Positions 39,798-48,594 of a DNA stretch of 64,000 nucleotides are shown piece after piece. Below the pieces are notes generated by a model. It was not told the DNA's origin. It searched no databases and was given only the letters and a program-made list of their open reading frames with translations. The position numbers and the translations under genes were made by a program. This stretch comes from a virus: IMG/VR virus record IMGVR_UViG_3300018080_000112, positions 1 through 64,000 of that record. One strand, 5' to 3'. How positions within the stretch are numbered: the stretch's first letter is position 1; every line of letters starts with the position of its first letter.

Positions 39798-40181
39798 CTA
39801 CTTTCGTTCTTCCGGGTCACCACAAAACAGACAACCATCCCGCGCCGGATCATTCACAGTGTCATATACACAAGCATTGACCGGCGACGGACCACACTCG
39901 TGATACTCGCTGAATTCGATATTTGACTCGTCCGCCGGATAACGCAGCGTCTCTTCTTTGTCCGCCTTGTACTTGCGCCACTCATCAGAGTCCACAACAA
40001 GCTCAAGACCAATTCCTTCCGCCTCCGACTCGTACTCGTGCTGTTGTAATTCCAGCCGCTCAATAGACTCCTGTACCGTATGAGCACACTCCCGCAAGCG
40101 AGCATGTTCCGCAAGCTTCTCGTCGTATGTCAGCTTCTTTCTTTTCCTCATCCGTTCGTTCTCCTTCTTGTTCTCCGTCAC
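39798..40181 (-). CDS. Hypothetical protein (C..SP...C.YD motif family)
   Basis: CGPSPVNACVYD..DP...CLFCGDPEER. Confidence 0.6.
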   Translation of the reverse strand: MTENKKENERMRKRKKLTYDEKLAEHARLRECAHTVQESIERLELQQHEYESEAEGIGLELVVDSDEWRKYKADKEETLRYPADESNIEFSEYHECGPSPVNACVYDTVNDPARDGCLFCGDPEERK

Positions 40182-40331
40182 GAGCTAACAACTCCAAAAA
40201 GACCGCTCTTTTCTCTTCGTTGCTCTTCGTGACCATCATCACGTTATAAAAATACTCGATTTGATCTTCCTCTTTGGGGTCAACTCCGTACCGCGCCGCG
40301 ATCTCAGCATAGACAAACATACCTGTCGGCA

Positions 40332-40610
40332 TCAGCTTGCTCCTTTCTTGAGTTCCAACGCTGATTGAAACCTCGCCATGATTTCCTGGCTTGTTCCAGA
40401 CGATTCCAGACAAACCAGCATAATCTTCGCTTCTGTCAAGTTGCGAACCCGACAGTTGCGACCATCTTCCAAGGTCGCACGACCCACCCGGTTCGATTGC
40501 TTTTCGAAGTGTCCTATCTCACAGGTCCAGAACATACCGGAGACCTTAGTCATCTTGAGTTCTTTCGCCCGGTCCAGAACCTCTTGCGGCGTCAAAGCTG
40601 TCGCAACCAT
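40332..40610 (-). CDS. Hypothetical protein
   Basis: AGGAGG RBS. Confidence 0.55.
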   Translation of the reverse strand: MVATALTPQEVLDRAKELKMTKVSGMFWTCEIGHFEKQSNRVGRATLEDGRNCRVRNLTEAKIMLVCLESSGTSQEIMARFQSALELKKGAS

Positions 40611-40863
40611 GACGACCTCCTATCTGTTCGGGTAAACAATCCACTTTCGGAGGCGATAGCGAGACCCGCCTTCATAAGACGTAAGGATGAACCATTCGCC
40701 GTCACCGACCTCCGGAATACGATCCGGGTTGTCTTTCAGCCACTGTTTGACGGCTGTGATGTTCTTGAGAATTGTGGTCTCAAGATGTACATCCTTCGAT
40801 GGAAAGCTTGTCTTTCCGCCATTCATAACCTTCATCACAGACTCCTCTTTTTGCAGGTTACAA

Positions 40864-40961
40864 AGTCGAAGCGGGGAGTTGAACCCCGAAACCAGGACCG
40901 CTTTGGGTACACACATTCCTGACTACGGTTGATCATGCCTTAGCCACCCGGTTAATCGACC
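40864..40961 (-). ncRNA. Degenerate tRNA-like element
   Basis: Acceptor GGTCGA/TCGACT; T arm CGGGG-TTCAACT-CCCCG. Confidence 0.35.
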
Positions 40962-41113
40962 GCGAATCTTTCTCCGGGTACGGTCACACACTCCTCTTTG
41001 GAGCGTGCGGTTTATGTGCTGGTTGCTCTTCCGTCTGAGCCATCGACAAAAGTGTTCGTCACGACCATGGCGAGGTCAGAATCTATGATTAAGAGACGAA
41101 CACTGCGATCAAT

Positions 41114-41629
41114 TTATCGAGCTTTCTGGACCCACACAGCGCTGTTGAGCTTGCGAGCCAGTTGCTTTTCCGTCATGGGGCGAAGGTCGCTGGTGCTACC
41201 GACCGCGAACCGAACTCCGCGAGCCGTATCGACCTTGAACAACGTGACCGTCTTGTTGTCTTTGTTGGTCACATCCACGCCGCCCTCTTCGAGCCATGCA
41301 TCCAGAACCTCGCGAGAGTAAGGCTGGCTGTATTCAGCGATCCGCGCCAGATGACCTTCGTGCTCATGTTTCCCGCCTTGTGCGTCATCCCGGCAACAAC
41401 CCGCGAGACCCGCGACCATCAGCCCGTTTGTGCTGACGTAACCAAGTTGGCTGTTACCGATCCGGTCGCGGTATGCGTTGATTTTGATGCCTGTAAGAGC
41501 ACAAACACCATCGTATTTCGCTTCAAAGAAGGTCAGGCTGTAACGGTTGTCTTTTTTGTCCGTAAGGGCTTGCGAGAAACGTTCGATGGTATTCATTGTC
41601 TGGCTCCTTTTGCCGTTCGAGAAAATCAA
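41114..41629 (-). CDS. Hypothetical protein
   Basis: AAGGAG RBS before MNTIE; follows a class B promoter motif. Confidence 0.6.
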   Translation of the reverse strand: MIFSNGKRSQTMNTIERFSQALTDKKDNRYSLTFFEAKYDGVCALTGIKINAYRDRIGNSQLGYVSTNGLMVAGLAGCCRDDAQGGKHEHEGHLARIAEYSQPYSREVLDAWLEEGGVDVTNKDNKTVTLFKVDTARGVRFAVGSTSDLRPMTEKQLARKLNSAVWVQKAR

Positions 41630-41694
41630 TGCGCTTGAAAAAATGAGGGCAAGACTTTTTTCTGACTGTGATCTGAATCAGACTGGAAAGGGAA

Positions 41695-42039
41695 TTACTC
41701 TTTGGTATCAGATACCAGGAGGGAACCGACAGCAACGGGATCTGGGATGGCAATCTGAACATTTCCCACGCGGGTCAACACATAACAGCGCCAGTTGCCA
41801 GTTTCTTGCTGATCATCTCCGAACTCAATAAGGGTGTCCTGGAACTCATACCTGGCATACCCAACCGCCATCAATTGCAGGAACAACAACTCAAGCTCGT
41901 CCGGGTCCACATAATGCAGGTTGCGCCCGAAGATGCTCTTGATGACCCACTGGTCTCCTTTGAAGACCATCAACAACACATCATATTGCTCAACCAGCTT
42001 ATCAATTGTATTTTCGTCAAATATAGCACAGTCCGTCAT
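41695..42039 (-). CDS. Hypothetical protein
   Basis: ORF track. Confidence 0.55.
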   Translation of the reverse strand: MTDCAIFDENTIDKLVEQYDVLLMVFKGDQWVIKSIFGRNLHYVDPDELELLFLQLMAVGYARYEFQDTLIEFGDDQQETGNWRCYVLTRVGNVQIAIPDPVAVGSLLVSDTKE

Positions 42040-42051
42040 CTCAGCACTCCC

Positions 42052-42687
42052 TTAGAAAGTAATAGTTATCTTTGGTTTCACAAAAGAGAAGACTCGGATG
42101 TTTGTGGGGAGATAGCCTTGCGACATCAGTTCATTTGAGTACTGAATCGCATCCTCTTTCTCATCAAAACCCTGCGCCTTGTCGAAAGCACCATCTGTGT
42201 TAATAGCGACCACAAGCACATCTTTTGACGCCAACATTTCACGAATAGAGCTATCAAGGTCACTCTGGAGATTGCTCAGGTCCCCCACAGAAGATGCAAC
42301 CGTCTCCTGAGACTCGTCATACATCGCACGAGACTCCACTCGTGATTTGTATGTTCCTTCTGTCAAAGCGGTTGTAACAGCCCACTGACCTCCGTATTGT
42401 GTATCTTTGACAACAATCAATTTGATAGGCATAGGCAAACCATTCAGGTCTGTTGGTTCCAGCGTCGCCACAAAGTCATGTTCGCCGCCGGAGATTGGCG
42501 GATAATGTTCCGCTGGCATACCCTTCTTGTGTTCTTCGATAACAGCTTTCGAAATAATATCACGCAACCATCCATCCGAATGTTGCGCTGTTTTGTCCCC
42601 GTCCCCATTTGAATGAACCCTGGAAATCTCCCGAAGCTTCTCTAACGGATGTGTACCAATTGAAACTGGATAGCTATGCGTCTTCAT
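42052..42687 (-). CDS. Hypothetical protein
   Basis: GAGGAG RBS. Confidence 0.65.
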   Translation of the reverse strand: MKTHSYPVSIGTHPLEKLREISRVHSNGDGDKTAQHSDGWLRDIISKAVIEEHKKGMPAEHYPPISGGEHDFVATLEPTDLNGLPMPIKLIVVKDTQYGGQWAVTTALTEGTYKSRVESRAMYDESQETVASSVGDLSNLQSDLDSSIREMLASKDVLVVAINTDGAFDKAQGFDEKEDAIQYSNELMSQGYLPTNIRVFSFVKPKITITF

Positions 42688-42738
42688 CTTGTTCTCTCCT
42701 CTGTGTCTGTTCTATTCCCTTACTTACCGCGTAAGGAC

Positions 42739-43200
42739 CTAATCTTTCAGAAGGACCGCCATTTCTTCGAAATAAATCTGGACCTCATACAAACCAGCGC
42801 TGTGACCGTACTTCCACGCCAGAGACCACAACTCCGCGAGCTTTGGGTGCAAAGTCAAGCCATGCTTCGCCGCGAGGTCATCCCGGAACTTGACCCGCAT
42901 ATCACGGTCCCCTTTCTCATGATCCTTGAGCGCTTCGTTGAACGCTTGTTGATCGAAACTGTCATTGACAGTGAACCCCTTCTCTTTGTACTTTGCTTTT
43001 ACGATTGCAAAGGTTGAGTCCGGTTCTTTCGAGTCCACCGCAAGGCTAAACTTGTTCGCCCCGTGGTCTATGACTTCCTGAAATGACAAATTGGGGTCCA
43101 CAACACGACCGTCCTTCCAGATGTGATAGATCCGGTGGTCACACTTATTCGGAAACGGTTTCGGGTTCTTATACTTCTTCAAATCCTCTTTTGTGAACAT
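42739..43200 (-). CDS. Hypothetical phage protein
   Basis: C-terminal AWKYGHSAG motif. Confidence 0.65.
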   Translation of the reverse strand: MFTKEDLKKYKNPKPFPNKCDHRIYHIWKDGRVVDPNLSFQEVIDHGANKFSLAVDSKEPDSTFAIVKAKYKEKGFTVNDSFDQQAFNEALKDHEKGDRDMRVKFRDDLAAKHGLTLHPKLAELWSLAWKYGHSAGLYEVQIYFEEMAVLLKD

Positions 43201-43221
43201 TGGGTCCTCTCCTATTACTTA

Positions 43222-43851
43222 TTACCAGCGGCTGTATGATTCCCGCCGAATAATTCTTTTCACCTGATCTCGACTCCAGGAGTCTTGCCAGTCACATCGC
43301 CGACCAAACCGGCGGTGTAGCTTCTTCATCTGTTCGTAGTTTCCAGCACAGATATCGTACCAAATGTCATGCCAGACACAATCCCAGCGCCGTCCCTTCT
43401 CCGGTTTCCAGGTCAGCGCATCTTCTTGGCGGATCTCAAGCTTATCTCCGAACCTCTCAAGATAGGTCGGCGCTACCAGGTCAATCACGTCCTGAGACTT
43501 CTCTATAACCAGGACAGAGGTGACCTCTTCTTTACGAGCCACAGCTTGCAAACACATGCCGATTCCCAGACCATGAATCAACACATCTCCCTGAGCTTGC
43601 CAGATAAAATCGAGATGGTCCTTGATCTCCGCCGGAGTATCAGACATCACAACTTCATACAAACCACGTTGCGGTCCACAGAGCCTCGTGTACGTCCCTT
43701 GTGGCACCGGGCGCAAACCGTCTTGTAAAAGAGATGCAAACGCAGTTTCTGGTCCTACATCAAACTTCTCCACACACCAGTTGTTTTTCTTACCGTCCGG
43801 GATATCCACCTGATACTTGTGGAACCATCGTTCTTTCTTCTTTTGTGTCAT
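43222..43851 (-). CDS. Class I SAM-dependent methyltransferase (spermidine-synthase-like)
   Basis: VMSDTPAE, VLIHGLGIG, VIEKS, EDAL, WHDIW. Confidence 0.8.
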   Translation of the reverse strand: MTQKKKERWFHKYQVDIPDGKKNNWCVEKFDVGPETAFASLLQDGLRPVPQGTYTRLCGPQRGLYEVVMSDTPAEIKDHLDFIWQAQGDVLIHGLGIGMCLQAVARKEEVTSVLVIEKSQDVIDLVAPTYLERFGDKLEIRQEDALTWKPEKGRRWDCVWHDIWYDICAGNYEQMKKLHRRFGRRCDWQDSWSRDQVKRIIRRESYSRW

Positions 43852-44010
43852 TGAACTCTCCACAGCATGTTGTTGTTTCTCAGTCACCACAGCCCCCACC
43901 ACAACCACTGCAACTACTACAACCACCGCCGCCTCCTCCGCCCTTTCCCCCGCTGATTGCCCCGGCTAGTCCACAAAGAATTGCAATACCGATAAAAATC
44001 CAAAACCACG

Positions 44011-44319
44011 TCATCGAACACCCCCTGGAACAGAAGCATCTGAGGTGAGAAATATGCTTAGAAGTTTAATGAATTCCAAACTTTGTTCTTCATCCATCAG
44101 GTATGAATCTGGCTTTTCCAGTCCCTTCCACCAAACCAGGATTGTGTAAAGGTCAACATAAGCATCTTTTTCACTGACCTCTTCTGTGGTCTCCGGTTGA
44201 CCTACCACATCCACACGATTTGTTTCTCTACTAGAACGAGCCGAACGAACATCCGACAAAACGATATGTTCCTTCCCTCCCACATCTTTTCTACTAAATG
44301 AAAAAAGTCCCTGTTTCAT
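44011..44319 (-). CDS. Hypothetical protein
   Basis: ORF track. Confidence 0.5.
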   Translation of the reverse strand: MKQGLFSFSRKDVGGKEHIVLSDVRSARSSRETNRVDVVGQPETTEEVSEKDAYVDLYTILVWWKGLEKPDSYLMDEEQSLEFIKLLSIFLTSDASVPGGVR

Positions 44320-44369
44320 CTCTCAAAACTCCCAATTGTTAGGTCCTAACTTTTCAAAGCTACGGACGA

Positions 44370-44798
44370 TTACCATTCACTCCTGGACGCTCTCTTTTCG
44401 AGCTTGGAGTGCTTCTTTTTCGACTCCGCCTCTTTCTCTTGCTCCTTTCTCTCCTGGATAGTTACGATCCACTTAGGGCGCTCTTTCATCCAGTCTGTCT
44501 TTGTGTACTTTTCCCACTGATTATTTGTGGGCTGTGTGAAAATCTTCAGATACCACCAGACATAAGACACAGCTAACACATAAATCGAATCATCAACTTC
44601 TTCTCGCTGTCGCCTCAAACACTCCGGGTCCACATCCATGGCACCAGCCAATGTTTCAAGTTCAACACGAACTCCTGGTCTTCTTGAAATTCCAGCTTTG
44701 TGAACTTTATCTCGTATCTGTTCTTTCTCAGCCAACAAGATGGTCTGTACCATCATCAAGAACTGGTTGTAATAATCTGTTGGCGAACTGATATTCAT
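44370..44798 (-). CDS. Hypothetical protein
   Basis: Ends EKRASRSEW. Confidence 0.6.
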   Translation of the reverse strand: MNISSPTDYYNQFLMMVQTILLAEKEQIRDKVHKAGISRRPGVRVELETLAGAMDVDPECLRRQREEVDDSIYVLAVSYVWWYLKIFTQPTNNQWEKYTKTDWMKERPKWIVTIQERKEQEKEAESKKKHSKLEKRASRSEW

Positions 44799-45127
44799 CT
44801 CTCCGCCTTTTCGACTACCCCGCTTTCCAGGTCAACCCAACCAATGAATCCATAACGCCATCCCAACCCAGCCGGAGAATCCGGTATGCGACCCGGCGGC
44901 TCTTTGAATGTATTCTGTGAACCTACGGCAAGGAATTGCATATGACCCACGTTGACCGAATCAAGAGCCATATTTTGATATACAGCCCAACGGGTATCTT
45001 CGTGGTTATACGGCGAGGTTTTCATCTCTTCGAGCGTCTCTGGCTCGACCTGTAGCGTCTTCTCTCCCATCTTATTCTCCCCTGTTACTTCGTTGTTATC
45101 TTTTCCTGAACTTCCTCCCCTTGTCAT
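44795..45127 (-). CDS. Hypothetical protein
   Basis: ORF track. Confidence 0.55.
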   Translation of the reverse strand: MTRGGSSGKDNNEVTGENKMGEKTLQVEPETLEEMKTSPYNHEDTRWAVYQNMALDSVNVGHMQFLAVGSQNTFKEPPGRIPDSPAGLGWRYGFIGWVDLESGVVEKAER

Positions 45128-45330
45128 CCAACCACAACACGGGAAGATTCTCCGGACCCTTGTCCTGAATCATCAGGTCATAATCCGCCGCAAGCGTCAT
45201 CACACCCTCCAGAGTCAACTGAAATGTGTAGATAGAATCTTGCTGGACCGCTCGCGGATGTGGTGGTTTATTCCCCATCCAATGACAAACCTGAAATTTC
45301 ACCATGGCTTTTCCTATCTTAGATTCTCAA

Positions 45331-45541
45331 AGTAAATCCCCATGTATATGGGGAATACTCCAACTCGCTGTCAGAGAAGATCTCCTTGACCGGAATATCC
45401 CCATGTATATGGGGAATACAGCCACAACCGTAAAATGGTGCCAAATAAACATGGAATATCCCCATGTATATGGGGAATACGGTCATCAAGGAGACGAGCG
45501 AAATCGAGCTTGCGGAATATCCCCATGTATATGGGGAATAC
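45331..45541 (-). CRISPR. CRISPR array 1: 4 repeats GTATTCCCCATATACATGGGGATATTCC and 3 spacers of 33 nt
   Basis: Repeats at 45331 (degenerate terminal), 45392, 45453, 45514; period 61; type I-E-like palindromic repeat. Confidence 0.95.
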
Positions 45542-45687
45542 TCTTCTTCTGTTCACCACGCTGTTTCGTATTCCTTTACACATGGATTTTACTGCTTCAC
45601 AGGCTATTGCCGTTAACGGTCTTACATAAGCCTCCACAGTCAGAACCGTCATATTCAGCCGGTTATAGAACTTAATACTCATCTTCT
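45542..45687 (-). ncRNA. TnpB reRNA-derived tracr-like RNA, copy 1
   Basis: AACCG-GCTGAATATGA-CGGTT..CTGTGGAGGCTTATGTAAGACC..GCCTGTGAAGCAG resembles IS605 tnpB right-end RNA. It is followed by the anti-repeat CCATGTGTAAAGGAATAC (45568-45585). Confidence 0.8.
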
Positions 45688-46835
45688 AAAACAGTGACGC
45701 CTTTTTGTTTTAAGATAGACGCCGCTTCTTTCCTTATGTTGATTGCTGCATTGATGTCGCGGTCATGTTTTACACGACAACAAGGACAGGTCCAGTTTCG
45801 AACAGAAAGAGGGAGTTTGTCTAACACCTCGCCGCAAACATAACAAGTTTTGCTGGAAGGAAAAAAACGATCAATTTTCACAAGGTGACCGCCGGTTCTC
45901 TGCATCCGCGTCTCAATTCTAGTTCCAAAAGCGCCCCAACTGGCGTCTGCAATCGCCTTTGACAATTTTCTGTTCTTTTGCATGTTCTTTACTTGCAAGG
46001 TTTCCAATCCCACAGCTTGTACGTCTTTCAATGTTGCTGCAATCATCTGGTGTTGATATGTCTCTCGCTTATTTGCAACCTGTGCTTCTCTCTTTGCGAC
46101 AACAATACGAGCCTTTTCTTGGTTTTTTGACCCCTTCTTCTTTCTGGAGTATTTGCGCTTCTTTCGCCGTAAATTATCTTGCGCTTTCTTCAAGAACTTA
46201 GGATTGTCAACCTTCTCTCCCTCAGACGTAATGAACAAGTGAGTCAAACCAAGGTCAAGACCCACAACATCATCAACTTCCGTTAATTTTTTCGGATACT
46301 TCAAACCATCATCAATCAACAGAGACATGTAATACTTAGCTGTAGAAGCTCTTTTTAGTGTACATGTCTTTATCTTTGCGCCGTCTGGAATATTGCGATA
46401 AACATTTGCCTTTACCCATCCGATCTTTGGAATCCAGACCCGTTTATAATCATCTGATACACGAACACCACAAGGATATCCTGCAGACTGACAATGGTTA
46501 CTTTTTTTCTTGAATTTTGGAAAATTGGCGCGTCCTTCAAAGAAGTTAACAAACGCACGATGGAGATTCATAACAGCCTGATTCATCACATCACGCGGCG
46601 CTTTTCGTAGCCACGGATTCTTTTTAATCAAGTCATTCAACCGCCGCATCATGCTATGTGCGTCTACTTTGACCCGCAAACGAATTTTTTCACCCGTGAA
46701 AGGAGATTCTTTATAGATCATCTTTCGCCATGCCAGCATATTATTAAATACCCAGCGTGACACATCAAAATGGTCCTGGAATTTCAATTTTTGTTCCTCT
46801 GTTGGTTTCAGTGGAACTTTGATTCCATACATCAT
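45672..46835 (-). CDS. tnpB: TnpB (IS200/IS605 OrfB) RNA-guided nuclease, CRISPR-associated
   Basis: HTH_OrfB-like N-terminus, FPKFKKK, RuvC triad GLDLGL / GLETL / HDRDINAAINI, and Zn ribbon CYVCG..CPCC. Start MMYG follows GGAGGAG. No tnpA nearby. Confidence 0.95.
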   Translation of the reverse strand: MMYGIKVPLKPTEEQKLKFQDHFDVSRWVFNNMLAWRKMIYKESPFTGEKIRLRVKVDAHSMMRRLNDLIKKNPWLRKAPRDVMNQAVMNLHRAFVNFFEGRANFPKFKKKSNHCQSAGYPCGVRVSDDYKRVWIPKIGWVKANVYRNIPDGAKIKTCTLKRASTAKYYMSLLIDDGLKYPKKLTEVDDVVGLDLGLTHLFITSEGEKVDNPKFLKKAQDNLRRKKRKYSRKKKGSKNQEKARIVVAKREAQVANKRETYQHQMIAATLKDVQAVGLETLQVKNMQKNRKLSKAIADASWGAFGTRIETRMQRTGGHLVKIDRFFPSSKTCYVCGEVLDKLPLSVRNWTCPCCRVKHDRDINAAINIRKEAASILKQKGVTVLEDEY

Positions 46836-46873
46836 AATCTTCGATCTCCTCCGGTTACAAAAGCACATAAAAC

Positions 46874-47084
46874 CTTATATCCCCATGTATATGGGGAATA
46901 CCTCAACCCTTCATCATCTGGGTCAAAGAGTAGGGGAATATCCCCGTGTATATGGGGAATACTCGCCGATTGGCCTGTGTGGTGAAGTCAAGTCGGGAAT
47001 ATCCCCGCGTATATGGGGAATACTTCCTGGTCCACTTTTTGTTCCTCTCGCTGGTCGGAATATCCCCGCGTATATGGGGAATAC
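46874..47084 (-). CRISPR. CRISPR array 2: 4 repeats GTATTCCCCATATAC(GC/AC/AT)GGGGATATTCC and 3 spacers of 33 nt
   Basis: Repeats at 46874 (degenerate), 46935, 46996, 47057. Confidence 0.95.
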
Positions 47085-47230
47085 TCTTCTTCTGTTCACC
47101 ACGCTGTTTCGTATTCCTTTACACACGGATTTTACTGCTTCACAGGCTATTGCCGTTAACGGTCTTATATAAGCCTCCACAGTCAGAACCGTCATATTCA
47201 GCCGGTTATAGAACTTAATACTCATCTTCT
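47085..47230 (-). ncRNA. TnpB reRNA-derived tracr-like RNA, copy 2
   Basis: Direct repeat of 45542-45687 with 2 substitutions; anti-repeat CCGTGTGTAAAGGAATAC. Confidence 0.8.
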
Positions 47231-47938
47231 TAAACGACCACACCAGGTGCAATACTGTTGACCATACTCACCGGGCGCTCGACTCTTGACCCAACTGTGA
47301 AATCGTCCTGGAACAGGATGGTTCGAACACACCTCGTTATCACAAGGGAAAAAATCATCCACTTTTTCAATTCTTTCCTTCCAGGTCCCATCTGGCTGGA
47401 GTTCCTTGAACACACGCTTTCCTGGCTTGCCTTTAGGTTGTTCAATAGATGCCACCACAGCATCCACAATCTCCGCGTCTTCCATAGGTTCCGTATTCTC
47501 AGCCAGACCAGAAAACGGGTCCGTGTCTCTCGACAAACCGCCGGGTCGGAAATCAAGAGGCATCTGCACCTCTGGCGGCTCGCGGTCTCCAAACAACTCT
47601 CGAATAGGAGCCAGGACCTCGTTAATGTGTGGGCGCACCGCATCTTCCGCTTCACGTAGCACTTGACGCGCCATATCTGCAACTTTCAGGTCCTTGTCTC
47701 CCGGCGGAAACTCACCGCGCCGAGAGAGGCGCTTATAAGCCGCAACAATAGGTTCATCACCGGAAGGGTCTTCTGGTACTTCCCACAACGACAAAGGTCT
47801 CTTAGGAGACTCTGGCGGCTCAATTTTGACCTGTTTCGGTCGTATGAAACGCAGATCAAACTCATCTTTGCCTGTAGAGATCTCATTCATCTCCTTCACC
47901 AGGTCTTCAATCAAAGAACCACTTCTGTTCCGACTCAT
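47222..47938 (-). CDS. Hypothetical protein with a C-terminal Cys/His motif
   Basis: ORF track; its stop codon lies inside the duplicated segment. Confidence 0.6.
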   Translation of the reverse strand: MSRNRSGSLIEDLVKEMNEISTGKDEFDLRFIRPKQVKIEPPESPKRPLSLWEVPEDPSGDEPIVAAYKRLSRRGEFPPGDKDLKVADMARQVLREAEDAVRPHINEVLAPIRELFGDREPPEVQMPLDFRPGGLSRDTDPFSGLAENTEPMEDAEIVDAVVASIEQPKGKPGKRVFKELQPDGTWKERIEKVDDFFPCDNEVCSNHPVPGRFHSWVKSRAPGEYGQQYCTWCGRLRR

Positions 47939-47951
47939 CTCTCAGGCTCCT

Positions 47952-48323
47952 TTAGCAATCCAGCGGCTCTTTTGTGAAAAGCAAAACCATTGGCGACTCC
48001 GCTCGCTGTTCTTGCAAAAGCTGATGCAAGACCAGAGCCATAGCACCAGTAAAGACAGGGGGACCAATAAGCTCTCCACACTCATCCACTACATCTTCAC
48101 AAAGCTCATCCAACCGTCGCTGAACACCCTTGATCAATTCTTCAGCTTCGTCCTCTTCCTGGAGTTCTCTCAAGTACACATGAGAAGCACCCAACAACAA
48201 CTTCAAGAGTTCTTGTCCCTCATCCAGGATCTTCTCAATGTCCAGCGCACCGTCATCCAGAGAATACTTGTCAGTCACCTTGTTGTCTTTCATGATCACT
48301 TCTCCGCACCGAAAACGATGCAC
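47952..48323 (-). CDS. Hypothetical protein
   Basis: ORF track. Confidence 0.55.
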   Translation of the reverse strand: MHRFRCGEVIMKDNKVTDKYSLDDGALDIEKILDEGQELLKLLLGASHVYLRELQEEDEAEELIKGVQRRLDELCEDVVDECGELIGPPVFTGAMALVLHQLLQEQRAESPMVLLFTKEPLDC

Positions 48324-48525
48324 TCTTTGTTTTGCCCACAGTCACTTCATGGTCACCCACCGGTAAAGTCTGACCAAGCTTGGTTATCTTCCGCTGGTCA
48401 ACCGACACAGCGCCTTGTGCAAGCAATCGCCGGGATTGGCTTACACTCTGCGTCAAGCCAATTTCACGAAGCATCTGTTCAAGTATCTGGTCTTCTTCGA
48501 ACTCTTTCTTTTCTTGTTCTGTCAT
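48271..48525 (-). CDS. Stand-alone S4 RNA-binding domain protein (TyrRS C-terminal-like)
   Basis: LREIGLTQSVSQSRRLLAQGAVSVDQRKI...VTVGK. Confidence 0.7.
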   Translation of the reverse strand: MTEQEKKEFEEDQILEQMLREIGLTQSVSQSRRLLAQGAVSVDQRKITKLGQTLPVGDHEVTVGKTKSASFSVRRSDHERQQGD

Positions 48526-48594
48526 CGTAGAACCTTTCGTTGATGTTAGTAGAGACACACCTTTTTCCAAAGCTCTACCACTAAAAATTCAAAA

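Noticed and set aside
45359-47056. Self-targeting of the six 33-nt spacers within the window
   Set aside because: No match noticed by eye; an exhaustive search could not be run.
45304-47252. ORFs spanning the CRISPR arrays (45304-45675, 45371-45682, 46819-47172, 46923-47252)
   Set aside because: They are translations of repeats and the tracr-like RNA. The near-identical MSIKFYNR... ORFs simply reflect the duplication.
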